A stretch of 64,000 nucleotides of DNA from Bugula neritina (Eukaryota > Animalia > Bryozoa), in NCBI GenBank assembly GCA_964035545.1, contig OZ037769.1, forward strand, positions 5,685,929 to 5,749,928, given 5' to 3'. Within the stretch, counting starts at the first letter, position 1, and every line of letters starts with the position of its first letter. The position numbers and the translations under genes were made by a program. A model generated the notes under the pieces. The model was not told the origin of the DNA and did no database searches. It was given only the letters and a program-made list of their open reading frames with translations. This document shows positions 11,944 to 24,600 of this stretch, one piece after another.

Positions 11944-13933
11944 TTTGATATCACCTGAAGAATCAGAAGATGTGAAGTCTAGTCTAATCTCCGTTCCTAT
12001 CTCTAGGGCATGTATAACTTGCTTATAGTGTAGCATATAGGGTATACACTTATCAGAGAGAGATAGCAAAGTATGAAAGTCACAATACAGATATGACTCA
12101 ACGTATCACCATAGCACTGTCTAAAGACCAAACTTTGCAGTCCAATATTAATTATAATATTCAGTCTATAGAATATTATAATAACTTATTTTTTCTCGTT
12201 CTAACAAATTACTGAGAATATATGAGTTGCATATGGATGTTATGCAATAAGCAGCCAGGATTACCTACTTAAACACAAAACATGATGTTAAAAGCATTTC
12301 CTGTATCTTTTACAAGTAAATTCAAATATAGTGATTAATTCAATCATAGTAATACAATGCAATATAATGCAATATAATGAGATATGCTTGTCTACATTAA
12401 CAGGTAATGAAAATAAATCCTGGCTATTGTATCTTTAAACAGAAGTTATCATTCCTTATATAAGTAAACACTAATAAGCTTAACGGATCTTGTCCCAGTG
12501 ACCAGGTGCCTTGTGAATAGATTTGCATATACTCACAGGTCAAATAATGTTGTCTGCATATTCAACTTACAGCTTGGAAGCTGAAAATGCTGCAGGCCGT
12601 AGCATATATTAAAAAGAATTTATTCGAAAGTGCAACAAGTGGGTTGCAGGCAGTCTATGTTGTAGCAAAATATAAAGTAAATATGATCAGAGGCACGTCC
12701 TGACATCACCAATAATTCTGGCAAGGTTCAAACACACGATTTAAAACTTCTACTTGACCACAGCTTCTTTCTGAGCTAGACAATATATTGAACTATGGAT
12801 TTTTATTTTTATTATTTAATGAACACTCCTCTAATTCAAAGGTATATATCACCTAAATTGGTTGGAATATGGATTTAGACAATGTTGGAATGTTGCATGC
12901 GCTACTTAATTATCCATGTAGTATTTCATTCCACAACAAAAAACAGGTTCCATTTCTAGTTTAAGCAACAGAAAAATAGGAGTTGTGGTCTCATGAATAT
13001 ATCAGTTTTGTATAATATTCTGTACCATAAATGCCATAGATTTGTGTATTGTGTACCAGCATTTGAGACTCGTAATCACATGATGAAAGTTGACTACAGA
13101 TGATCTTTAATTGCATGAGTCAATATGTTTAAGAGTTTTTATATAATAATATAACAGTGTGGAACTGTTACAGTTAGGTAAAGGAATAGAATTGTTAGAG
13201 AAATTATGTTCATGGAAAGGCAGTGTTTTGTAAGATCTTACTCTTTTGTTAAATGAGTGATATCAATGTTTGCTGTTGTGTGGACATATTTAGATGAAAC
13301 TGTTAATTAAGCAGCTTAAGGCTTTGAAATTTTATGTCGTAGTGTTGGATTGTTAAAATATTTAGAATGGTTAGCATTTATACAGGCTCTTTGATAATTG
13401 GTTGGAAGAGTTGGACAGTGACTCAGTGATGCTGATATTATGTGCAGAATTGTCAGAATGGTAGGTTTCTAATCATTTTATGTTAAAGAGAGCTCCTAAC
13501 AGAATATTTTCATTTTCTAACTGCAATGTGATATAATGTTAGCAATTCATCAATTGAGAATTAACTCTTGTGACACTGCTTTGCTATTTCAATATAAATG
13601 CTATTTGGTAATATCTTTTACTTCTAAATTTATAACACAATCCAGTGACCATAATATAACATCAGGTCACAATTTTTTACTTTACTTTTCTTTGGTCCTT
13701 TTGGTTCAAGCGCAGTATAACAAATATACTATAACAAATAGACTTTTATTAATAGTGTCGGCAATCATTGCTTATGTAGAAACCCCTTCAAGATTGCACG
13801 TAGCTGTATGTATTATATTATGTAGTTGATTAAAGCAATTTATAAACTATTATCGCTCTACATTACACCGTATTATAATATATACATGCTATTGTATTGT
13901 CTTATCTACAGTTGAACCCTAGAAACTGTTTCA

Positions 13934-13940
13934 TATAAAA
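13934..13940 (+). promoter_or_regulatory. Putative TATA box of IGFBP-like/TY gene A
   Basis: TATAAAA about 30 nt before a CATTCA Inr-like motif and 45 nt before the ATG. Confidence 0.5.
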
Positions 13941-13978
13941 CACTTAGCGCTGTTCACTGCTTACCATTCAATGCAAGT

Positions 13979-16900
13979 ATGTTGAAGGAAGTTGCAGTCG
14001 CTCTCTGCTTTATAGCGCTGACACAGGCAGCAGCATCGTGAGTTTTTATTATTGAAATATCTTTAAAACATTTTCCAGAAAAAACCTGTTAATAATATTG
14101 AGAAAGCTGCTTTCAAATCATGTTATGCAACTTAATACTGTTTTACGCTAAGAACCAGTAAACTGTGTTAAGCTGACACAAATAATTGTTAATTCAAATT
14201 TCATGATTCATTTTATAGGTGACCAGAGAAATTTACCAGCGCAATTTGTTTTAAAGTGTAGAAGTTTAAATTCATGTCTAAAAATCATTATTTTTCATAT
14301 TAACATAATTATTCCTGCTATATCCAATCAACTTCTTATAAACGTTTTACATTTTGTCGTAAAGGTGCCCCAAGAATGCCTGTGACAAAATAACATGTGG
14401 CGACAAGCTGACAAAAGACAGCTGTCTTCTGAATGGAGGAAGATACATTCCAAACGGTGGGCCCTGTGGGTGCTGTGACCACTGCGTACAGCTTCTAGGT
14501 ATGTACAGTTTCTTTTCTTGTAACCAGAAGTCAACACTCTGACAGTTGATTCTTGGCATAGACTCTTAAGGCCTCTGACAAGCTTTCCTACTGTGATACT
14601 AGACATGGTTAGGCTAGTTTCAAGATGCTTAAGATTTTCAACAAAAATGTATTGCTAAAGTTACATCAAGTAATAGCTAGCACACATATAATTGTGGACA
14701 TCAACCTTTGTGATACTTTAATATAGTTGTGTTATCTAATTGTGTACGTCAACCTTTATCCCCAACTATCTCCTCTGATCTAGCTGGAAGGACATCAACC
14801 TTTATGATGCTTTAATATCCTATAGGAGAAGGAGAGGCATGCACCAGTAGTGGATCTGGACTCGCTACATCTGAATGTGGAGATGATCTATATTGCTCTG
14901 ACACCACAAACCAGTGCACTAAACGTAAGTATGATTTATGATTCGTTAAATTTTATTTTAGATTCTATATTCACTCATATTATATTATTATACACGGAAA
15001 TTGAGCAATGTCTATTCAGTATATCTTTCAAAATAGGTGTGATGATTATTTGAATTACAGCTAAAATGTGTACTATTTGTTAAAATTACATTTTTCAAAG
15101 TAGATAAGATGATTTTTAAAATACTGTTGTGTAGTTTTATGTTCTACATTCAATTGTTTTCATTAGTTTGACTTATATAATGGAATTTGTTGAAAAAATA
15201 ATTAAAATCTTTTAGACAAGACTAGTTTTAAATGATCATGATTAACAAAAATTAGATTTCGGTTTTCTACAACTATAAATTACAGAGCTGCTATAATTTA
15301 TAATGCACAATATTCTATGCTTTATCTTTTAGCAAACTGTGCCATGATCAAGAAAGAGAAAGAAGAGTTTCTGGCCACTGTGCCTAAGCCACCAGGGTTT
15401 ATTGTCCCAACATGTGATGCTGATGGAACCTATACAGGCAAACAATGCTCGGAAAATGAGTAAGAATATTGCAACATGCCTATATAAGCTCATTATTATA
15501 TGCTTATAACTATATGCTTATAAATATATGCTTATAGCTATATGCTTATAAATATATGCTTATAGCTATATGCTTATAAATATATGCTTATAACAATATG
15601 CTTATAACTATATGCTTATGTTTATAAGTTTATACTTATTTGCTTACAACTATCTGCTTAAAAGCATGTGCTTATGATTATATATGTTTATAACTATATG
15701 CCTAAAGCTATAATATGCTTACAGCTGTATTTAAAATTATATATGCTTACAACTATAATTATGCTTATATGACTCTGTACTTACAAAGTGAGTCAATATA
15801 GATTGGTAACTTATAATTGTAGCCTACATTTAAAAGCTATTTTCTTACTGAGGGTAGACAAATTGTGATCCAAGTGGATTGATGTTTCAAGCACTTTACC
15901 TATGAGTAGTTAAAGAAAATGATGTCACAGAAGGCTAAAGTACTTGTAAATGAGTATTAACTGTTATAGAGCAAGCCTATTCACAATATGACAAGCGAGT
16001 GCAGGTTCATAATATGACATGCAAGTGCAGGTTCATGATATGACATGCGAGTGCAGGTTATCCACAAGTCGTTTTTATTTGCATGAATATTTTTGGTATT
16101 ACTAAACTAGAATTTCAAATTTCAAAATTCTTTCGTTTATATAATATCTATACTAGATGCATGCAACTGTAATGGAGATCTATTTTACACAATTCTGCAA
16201 AATATTAGATAATTCAAATATTGAGGACTTTCAACAGAGTAGCAGTGACAATATTCGTAGGAGAAACATATGTAGATCATCACTCAGATCATGCCACCAG
16301 CTTAAGTATAAAAATAAAAGCAGAAAAAACAAGCAGTACTAAATTCAACTTAATGTACAATTTGCAGATGCTACTGTGTAGATGTCCATGGAAAACTTAT
16401 CGACGGTTATTCTCATGACATTTCGCAGACGGATAACAGAATCACTTGCCGTAAGAGTCACCTGCACATATCAATATGAATATAGAATAACAGGAGAAGG
16501 GATACCATTGTCACATTAACTGTCCATACAATATATTGTTACAACTAAACCTACTCCTTAAATTATTTGTAATTTACTATAATTACTCTTTGGACTTTTA
16601 ACCTTGAAAAAACTTGCTTAACTATGGATATCCTAAACTTTGCTATTAGGAAAACTTGCGACTGTTTTATATTTCTATCTCTGTGAGTTAACCCCTGTCA
16701 ATATGTTTAAGTAGACTGAAGCCAGTGCTTCATAAATAATGTTCACAATATAGCTTGGGAGCTTCCGCTTGTAGAACAGGAGCAATTATGACTTGATGCT
16801 TTCCTGACACTACCAATGGCACTGCTGGTACTTGAACCCATGGCGCAACAGTTACTAGGCTAAACAAAGACAATAATTTTAGACTCACTACAGTTGTATT

Positions 16901-17268
16901 ACTTTTTTGACAGTCAGAGTTCATCATGAAAAGTGATTGGCTGTTTCATACCTTCCATACCTGTGATTGGCTGCTTCATACCTTTAATAACTCTGACTGG
17001 CCCTTTCATACTCTTCACACCTCTGATTGGCTGTTTCATATCTTTCATACCTGTGATTGGCTGTTTCACTTCTGTAGAATGCGCCAGAGATAAATCTGCA
17101 TACTTCAAACTGGGAATCATTGGGAGACTGTTTCATTGCACCGAGCACGGAGATTACAAGAACGTTCAGTGTCACGGCAGCGTATGTTACTGTGCTGACA
17201 GGAAGACTGGCAAACAGATTGATGGAACTGGAATACACATCAGTGCAAAGAGCAAACTTGACTGCTAA
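13979..17268 (+). CDS. Secreted protein, IGFBP-like Cys-rich N-domain + 2 thyroglobulin type-1 repeats (paralogue A, 230 aa); join(13979..14037,14365..14498,14826..14924,15333..15459,16368..16450,17078..17268)
   Basis: Signal peptide MLKEVAVALCFIALTQAAA. N-domain CPKNAC..GGPCGCCDHC..GEGEAC..ECGDDLYC..C. TY1: VPTCDADGTYTGKQC..CYCVD..G. TY2: FHCTEHGDYKNVQCHGSVCYCAD..G. Canonical junctions, 693 nt in frame. Confidence 0.9.
15495..15770. repeat. 14-bp minisatellite (TATATGCTTATAAC/A), degenerating rightwards
   Basis: Tandem units just after the donor at 15460. Confidence 0.9.
15986..16059. repeat. 26-bp tandem repeat x3 (ATATGACATGCAAGTGCAGGTTCATG)
   Basis: Three direct units visible. Confidence 0.85.
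16933..17068. repeat. 30-bp minisatellite (GTGATTGGCTGTTTCATACCTTCCATACCT) abutting the last acceptor of gene A
   Basis: About 4.5 units. It accounts for the repetitive ORFs on both strands here. Confidence 0.9.
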
Positions 17269-18373
17269 ATTTGATCGTCGAGAATTTGATAACTCAACAG
17301 CTGCAGGCATACGACTATCGAATATTACTCTGCCCATATTTTTATTATTACCATTTGATTTTAATTGACTAAAAACAACCTTTCTGTTGGATGATTGTAT
17401 TAAAGAAGAATAAAGTTTTGCAAAATTATAGAGAATAAAACGAGACTATTGAATGCTTCACACAATATAACACATCAATCATAAGCAAATCTTCAAACTG
17501 AGCTACAGATAAAAGTGACATGTTTTTAGACAGCATTATATAGTTGCAGCAAGTATTCTTAGTATTAAAAGCTAACTGTTGGAGAAATAAAGCAGATCAA
17601 ATGTTCCAAACCCCATATATGTGTCTAATATAATATAATATAATACTGCTAATCTGTCTCAAAATTTTCAATAAACAAATCTTTATAATACTATCAAATT
17701 CACAAAGAGTAAAAAATAAATTTGCTGTTTTATCAAAGTATGTAGTTATACTTAACATCAGATTTTGGGTTTAGTTATTAGAGTATTTCATGGGTTGAAA
17801 AACTGAAATAGTAAAATAATTGATAAATAGCAATTAATTTTGATACGTCAATATACTTGTGTGTAAAAATCTTCAATTAAAATAACACCACAAATTAACA
17901 TATCTATAAATAGCCTAAACTACTAAATACAGCTACATAACCTGATTGTCATTTGAAAGCAGTTCAGTAACAGGCAGTTGTACTAAAGTCATACTTATTT
18001 ACATTTTATAAAAGTATTTATTTATGTAAGCCGGAACCTTTTTGGCAGCAGTGATTCGGGCAATACAAATCCTATACTTTCAAATTACATAAAATAGTTC
18101 TGATTTATATTGCCAGTAACAATACTGTCACTAGCTCGATTGATAAAAACATTCTTTTAGATTTATGTACATATAATAATAATTATAATGAAGTTTGCTG
18201 TAAACAACAAGTAATAATATTAAAGAAAGCTTTCATGATTAAAACCGGCACATTAGAAATTAGTTAATTAAACTAGCAGTGCTTTAGACAAACAGACATG
18301 GGTAAACACAGTTATCGTTTTATTAAAAGTTATTTCTTTCAATGTTTATTTGACCTCAGCCAGCTTTGAAAGC

Positions 18374-21053
18374 ATGAAGGGACCGGGTGTGATAGTCATA
18401 ATCAGCCTAGTGGCTATATATTATGTCAACACCAGTGTCATGTAAGTTATAATTATAATAACATTTTACATAATATAATGGTGATACCGTAAATTTAATT
18501 GTTTGACTGTTTTCTATTAAAAAGAATCAATACATTTAGAAATTGACAAGATCTCTTGCTAAAGACTTTTGTTGTGCAAAATCTAGGCAACAAATCACTC
18601 TGGGTGAAACTAGTAACTTAAATGCATGGCTATTTATATATACTTCAATTTCTTATTAAATGATATGACTATTTCATAGTATTTTATGTCGGCTGTTTAA
18701 AATGTTTAGGGTTTTCTGCATGCGCATACATGTAATGTCAACATTTTTTCAAAATAATGAAACTTACTTTTTAAAAACCAACAGACATTGATTATTTTTT
18801 AAAGTTGCTTACTGATCATTGCAATTATATAATAATTATTTCCTTGCAATAAATAATGTTTCAACAAATTTAATGTACTTGAGGGTTAGTAGAATTAAAC
18901 TATAAAAACGATACAAGAAATTTGAGTTTTCACCTACATTTACTATACAGCTACTAGAGAAAATACTTCATGTGTTGCTCAACGCTACAAGTTTAGTACA
19001 GCCTACATATGAATACCTTGACGTTACATGCATTGGGGCCGGGGCCGCGCAGGCAAATTGTACAACATTAATTATTATGCAATCTTTTACTTTATATAAA
19101 TGAGAGTTTTGAGATTTTTGTACTTGTGCACATGGAATATATACAATAGAAAGTGTGTTTTAATTTTTTCAGTTTCTTTTTAAAAACTAAAATATCATCA
19201 AACCATATATATAATATAAACTTGTGTTTCGGTATGCTATGGCCTAACCCTTACACATAGCAAACATTATATAAATGCCTGTCTTATGTTTTTGTATAAT
19301 ACAGATGCCCACAACATGTTTGTGAGAGAGTTTCATGCGAATCTAACCTCACAGAAGAAGTATGTGACACTCGTGGTGGAAGATTTGTTGAGAATGGAGG
19401 GTTTTGTCAGTGTTGCGATGTTTGTCTTTTGTCAGTAGGTGAGCTGGGAGGTCTATGAAAAGAGTGTTAGGCTTGCTAGTTCCCATTTAGGAGCGATTGC
19501 AGTAGTGGAGAAATTGAGATAGCATAAGTTCTTTAATTTTATTATTAAATTTTGGTTTGGGGCACCAGAACATAACTTCTTACGCTACATTTCTATAATT
19601 TAGAAAAGAGGCTTTTCTTAATTTCTCCATTACTGCACCTACCTCTTAGTTGCTTCTTGACTTGTGAAAGCAATTATTTTATTTATTTTATAGATGGTCA
19701 TATGAATCATTACAGTATAGTTTTGTAAAATATTATTTTATTAAACTATAATAGACGTTTAGTATTAATGCTGAAACTGTTTAGGGGAAGGTGGAGATTG
19801 CTCTGCATCGATGACGGTAGCTGTTCCAGCAACTGTGGAGTGTACTACACCACTTTATTGCGACTTCTACACTCGGAGATGCAAATGGCGTGAGTTTTTA
19901 TACCACATGGATAGTAAATAATGCAAACATATAAGAAAGAGCAAGTAGGCTACGGAATTATTGTTACGGATTTTTGAAGATTTACCAGCTAGAAATAGTT
20001 GCTATGAGCCCGAAAATTTGATTTTTAATGAACCAATTTAACTTATATTGAATTATTTTGTTATTTTAATTTATATTCAGGTCAATGATTTAACTGATTT
20101 TTACTTACTCAATTTAATTACACCCACTATTAGTTAACTGAGCTAACTTTATAGCTTTTGTCATTAGTTTATAGTTCTCCTATTTGGAAAGACTATTAAT
20201 TCTACATTTTCAGCAAGCTGTGCTACCGTGAAAAAAGAAGCAGAAGATTATGTGAACAGTCGACCAATAAAGCCTTTGGGATACTTTATCCCTGACTGTG
20301 ATGCTAATGGAGGTTTCAAAGGGAAACAGTGCTACGAAGTCACGTAAGACCAGTTGTGTTTCAGACTTGTGTAACATATGTAGCTTGGAGAAAGTTTTCT
20401 TTAAGTATGGTGTACTAGTCTATTATGGTTCATTATAGTAGGGTATAGTATGTAGTATAGTGCAGTTTAGTATGAGATATTATACCATAACATAGTGCAA
20501 TGTAGTATATATTATGATATAGCATAACATGATGCAATGTAGTATATATTATAGTATACCATAACATGGTGCAATGTAGTATATATTATGGTATACCATA
20601 ACATGGTGCAATGTAGTATATGTTATGGTATAGTATAACATGGTGCAATGTAGTATATTATATTATGGTACAGCATACTATGGTCTCTTATCCGAGTACT
20701 TTGCTATACCTTAGTATATCATATTATGGTATAGTATATCATAATACTGATATTTGTAACTGTAGATGCTATTGTGTTGATATCAATGGTAACAAACTGT
20801 CTGGATACGACCACCCCATATGGAAAACAGACAACACAATCACATGTGGTAAGTGTACAGAGCCTTTTACCCCCCACTAGAACTTGTAGCATGAGTAAAC
20901 ATTTTAAGTAAACTTTGATAGGAAAACTAGTCTAGAAAGTGGTTAGTGCTTTTCTACCATTGAAATTAATTATTTGTAGAATGTGCTAGAGCAAAAGTGA
21001 GTGATTCCACGCTGAACTGTACAGCCCAAGGAGACTACATTACGTCAGCATAG
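18374..21053 (+). CDS. Secreted IGFBP-like + thyroglobulin type-1 protein (paralogue B, 197 aa, second TY truncated); join(18374..18441,19305..19438,19785..19889,20214..20343,20766..20848,20980..21053)
   Basis: Same exon number and phases as A, and identical lengths for exons 2 and 5 (134 and 83 nt). CPQHVC..GGFCQCCDVC..GEGGDC; FIPDCDANGGFKGKQC..CYCVDING; ends ECARAKVSDSTLNCTAQGDYITSA*. Confidence 0.9.
19484..19646. mobile_element. Short MITE-like repeat, copy 1
   Basis: Inverted ends TGCAGTAGTGGAGAAATTGAGA / TCTTAATTTCTCCATTACTGCA. A homologous copy lies at 32893-33051. Confidence 0.7.
20480..20685. repeat. 37-bp minisatellite (CATAACATGGTGCAATGTAGTATATATTATGGTATAC)
   Basis: About 5 tandem units in the intron upstream of exon 5 of gene B. 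Confidence 0.9.
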
Positions 21054-21687
21054 AACCCTGGAGGCAGCAGTACCTGACTAGCGACAGCACTACATGAGTC
21101 TTCACTGGCATCACTGCTTATAATATCGACTATGATGTGTGTGACAATTAAATATTTCTATTTAAATGCCGTCAAATTTTATTTTTATTTGAATTAACAA
21201 ACTTATGCATGAACAAAAATGATATGCGTATATGAATTTACAAGCTATACAATCTAACAGCATTGAAAATAAAAAATAAATTCACATCAATTCAGTCATT
21301 TATCATATAAGTTACATATTATCAAGTATATATAGAAGATTCACTGTCTTATTTTCAACTGCTTATAATAGCAATATATGACTGGGACATCTAAGCAACA
21401 GTAAATATCCTTCACAAACCAGCACTATACAACAAACAATAAGGCAACTAGTTTCCCAGTTGTCTTCTCTTTGACATAAGTGGAATATCAGCAGCGTTTG
21501 CTAGTCAGAAAAAATATTTCATCAAAGACATAAGCCATGCTTTATTTACAGCTAATATACTACTATAGAACTATTATATTACTATAGTAATATTATATAC
21601 CATAGTAATATATGACAACAGTATTATCACATTACCATAGTACTATATAAAATGGTAGTACTAAATTCCAAGATTGTTCCAGAAAGA

Positions 21688-24600
21688 CTAGACAGAAGAA
21701 CTCTCAGCTTTAGCCTTAGAACTGTCAGACTCTTGGGGAGCAGCTGTAAGGCCTCTTATAGAAATATCATATACAACCTAAAACAGTGCAAGAGAATTCT
21801 ATAGCATAACAGTTCAAAATTATATTTTAAATTAAAAAATCATACAGAGAAAAAAGTTTACAAAACTAATATTAATTTTAGTTTTACAGCTCATAGAGAA
21901 ATGCATGACAAAAGATAGCCTAATGTAGTTTATTATCACAAACTTTATATTAGTTTTGTTAAAGTTGATGATGCAATAACAAACATAAATGGGCATAGGT
22001 GGAATATAAAATAATATAATAGCCAATGTCAATAAATTAATATATCTTTTCAAAATAATGATAGTAAACTAGTGATATCTTTTAAAGCACAGTGTTGCAA
22101 TTTTTTATTGCAACAAAATTATCAAAAAGCTTTCCTATTAAAACTATTCTTAGACATTTAATTATATTACATAATGAGGAAACACAACTCCCTTTCATTA
22201 AGTATGACATAAACATTACAGTTAATTAAACTTGGCAAATAAAAACACCTCATCCAGTACCAGTTTTAGATCCTAAGAAGACTGGTATCATACTGAATAT
22301 ATTTAACATGGAAAGAGTAGAAAAAATAAGTTCCATAACATAGAAGGGCAAATGTATAGTATGAGGGCGTCGTGCAAGGCTGTGTTAGTCACCTTAAATT
22401 GCATAACAAATTTCCAGAGTGCACAAAACGTCATGTTATCTAGAGTTAGTGTCAAGCTTTCTACAGGCACAGCAAAGTGTTTGTTGGCAGAAAATCTTTA
22501 ATTAAAGTATTTATTAAACAAACCAGATAACAATAAGTGTTTTGCAAGCAAGTAGTATAGTCATTTAACCTTATCCTGAACTGCTGGAAGCTTCAAATGT
22601 GTACAAAACTTGACCCTGTGTTTTAAATAAACCCCTGCATGACAATGTAAATATCATGCCCTTCAACTCTATTGTTTAGTTTATTGGTTCTTAAAGCATT
22701 ATTTAAAAAGGAATAAATATTAAAGAGAACTGATAGCTGAAAGTTACTAAGTGCATGTAAATATATGAAGTAAAGATGAAATACAGAGTGTGACCTTTTC
22801 ACCTATGCATGGGTGAAGTAAATGTTGTGTATGTACCTAGAAAGAGATTTGATATGTAGCACATTTGCCACACTGATAGATTAGCTAGCCTTTCGCAAGG
22901 CCCGGCCACACACTCGTGAGAATCACACGAAATCGTCTATTTGACACAAAAAACACAAACGTACAATCAAATTTGAGGGAATTCAAACGAAATCATGTTC
23001 ACTGGGTGCACCCACCGAAGACGATGAACGAAAAATCGCAATCAACGATAAGCACCATTTGATTGGTCAATAGAATTTTAGCAACAGTGATTATTTCATT
23101 TTTATCATGCTTCTGTGTCTAGCAATTTTCTGCTGTTTGTATCTTGTGCAAGACTTATTCACGGGCTATTTATTATGTGTTTTGTCCGACGAGTGTGAGG
23201 CCGGTCATAACGAGAGGATAACTCACGACAATATTCACACAAATTTTTTGGTGTGTGTGTGGCCAGGCCTTCAACTAGGCCATTTACTAAAGAAAAAAAT
23301 ACAAGTTAATGATGAAATACCTCTTCCACTTTCTTCATATCGTATTTCATGGAGTCAAACCGCTTTCTCAAACTGTCATTCTTTAAATTCAACAGTCTGA
23401 ATCCTGAATCTAGGTCATTCATGAACGCAGCAATATGCAGAGGTTTGGCGTAATCTGCAGCAGTGACGGAATTAACAGCTAACCGAGACTAAAAACAGAA
23501 TTGTAGTACATACTGTGCAGAGTTGGCTTACAGTAAAAACAATTTTCTAGAATAGTTTATACTTTAGTTTAGCGCTACAGAATATTGTTGACAGTTGTCT
23601 TCCCACATCATGGTGTTGTTAGCTAGTAGCTCAGAAAGTCCTAAACCCCTCTATGCAATCTACCCCTGTAGCAGCTGGCTTTACAATATTTTCCCAAATT
23701 TAGATTTATTTCAGAGACTGAACACAAACTAAGCCATGATGCATTGTTTACTTAAGGCTTGCTTAATAAATAAAACACAGCACTTTTACTGCTGCTTTTC
23801 ACTTGCATAATATTAAAATAATAATGTAATAAACACTTAATTAAATTAGGAATCTTCCCTGTGACAACAAACTAGTAAATGTCACCTAATAGCACACCAA
23901 AACATGGTGATATCATACCAGCTTGACCGAAACAATAACATTTGGATTTTATAACTACATGTATATATGACTCTATTATTTGTGGAATATGCAGCAAATG
24001 ACAATTATTACTGACTGCTATTAATATGAAATATTGGATTATGAATGTTATGAATAATAGAGTTGAGTCACTGCAAACAACATGACTATACTAAAGACCT
24101 GCTTCTGCTGCACACTAAATTCAGAATAAACCTTCAATTCCAGTGATCCCATTGACTATGATAACTAATAAGTGGTGCAATAGTTGCTACTGGAAAGGCA
24201 AGAGCAATTGTCAGCATCAGTACTAATTACTTTTATGCAGAACTAGAGTAATCTTCTCCTCTTTTTAAGGAAAGGAAGTTAGATAACTCCAAAATGATAT
24301 TATTAGTATAAGTAAAACATTGCTTTACCTATTATACTACAATAAGCAAGCTCTACTGTAAAGATAGCAACTACAATTATTGCTTCCACAGATTCCAAAA
24401 AAAACAGTTTATGCTCTGAACCTACCAATTCATTGGATAAGCTAACTAAACCATGCAGATAATCCTCCAAATCATAATACAGCTTATCGGAAGTTCTATC
24501 TGTTGTGAGAGAGAGGCTATCTGCAGCTTCGTGCCACAGCAGAAGTTTTCCTGTTGACAGAAACTCTATGAATGTGACGACAAACGTCAGCTTCTGGGTG

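Noticed and set aside
16914-17337. Standalone ORFs with 10-aa repeats (MIGCFIPSIP.. / MKQPITG..)
   Set aside because: They are by-products of the 30-bp intronic minisatellite. Only 17078..17268 is coding, and nearby upstream AGs are out of phase.
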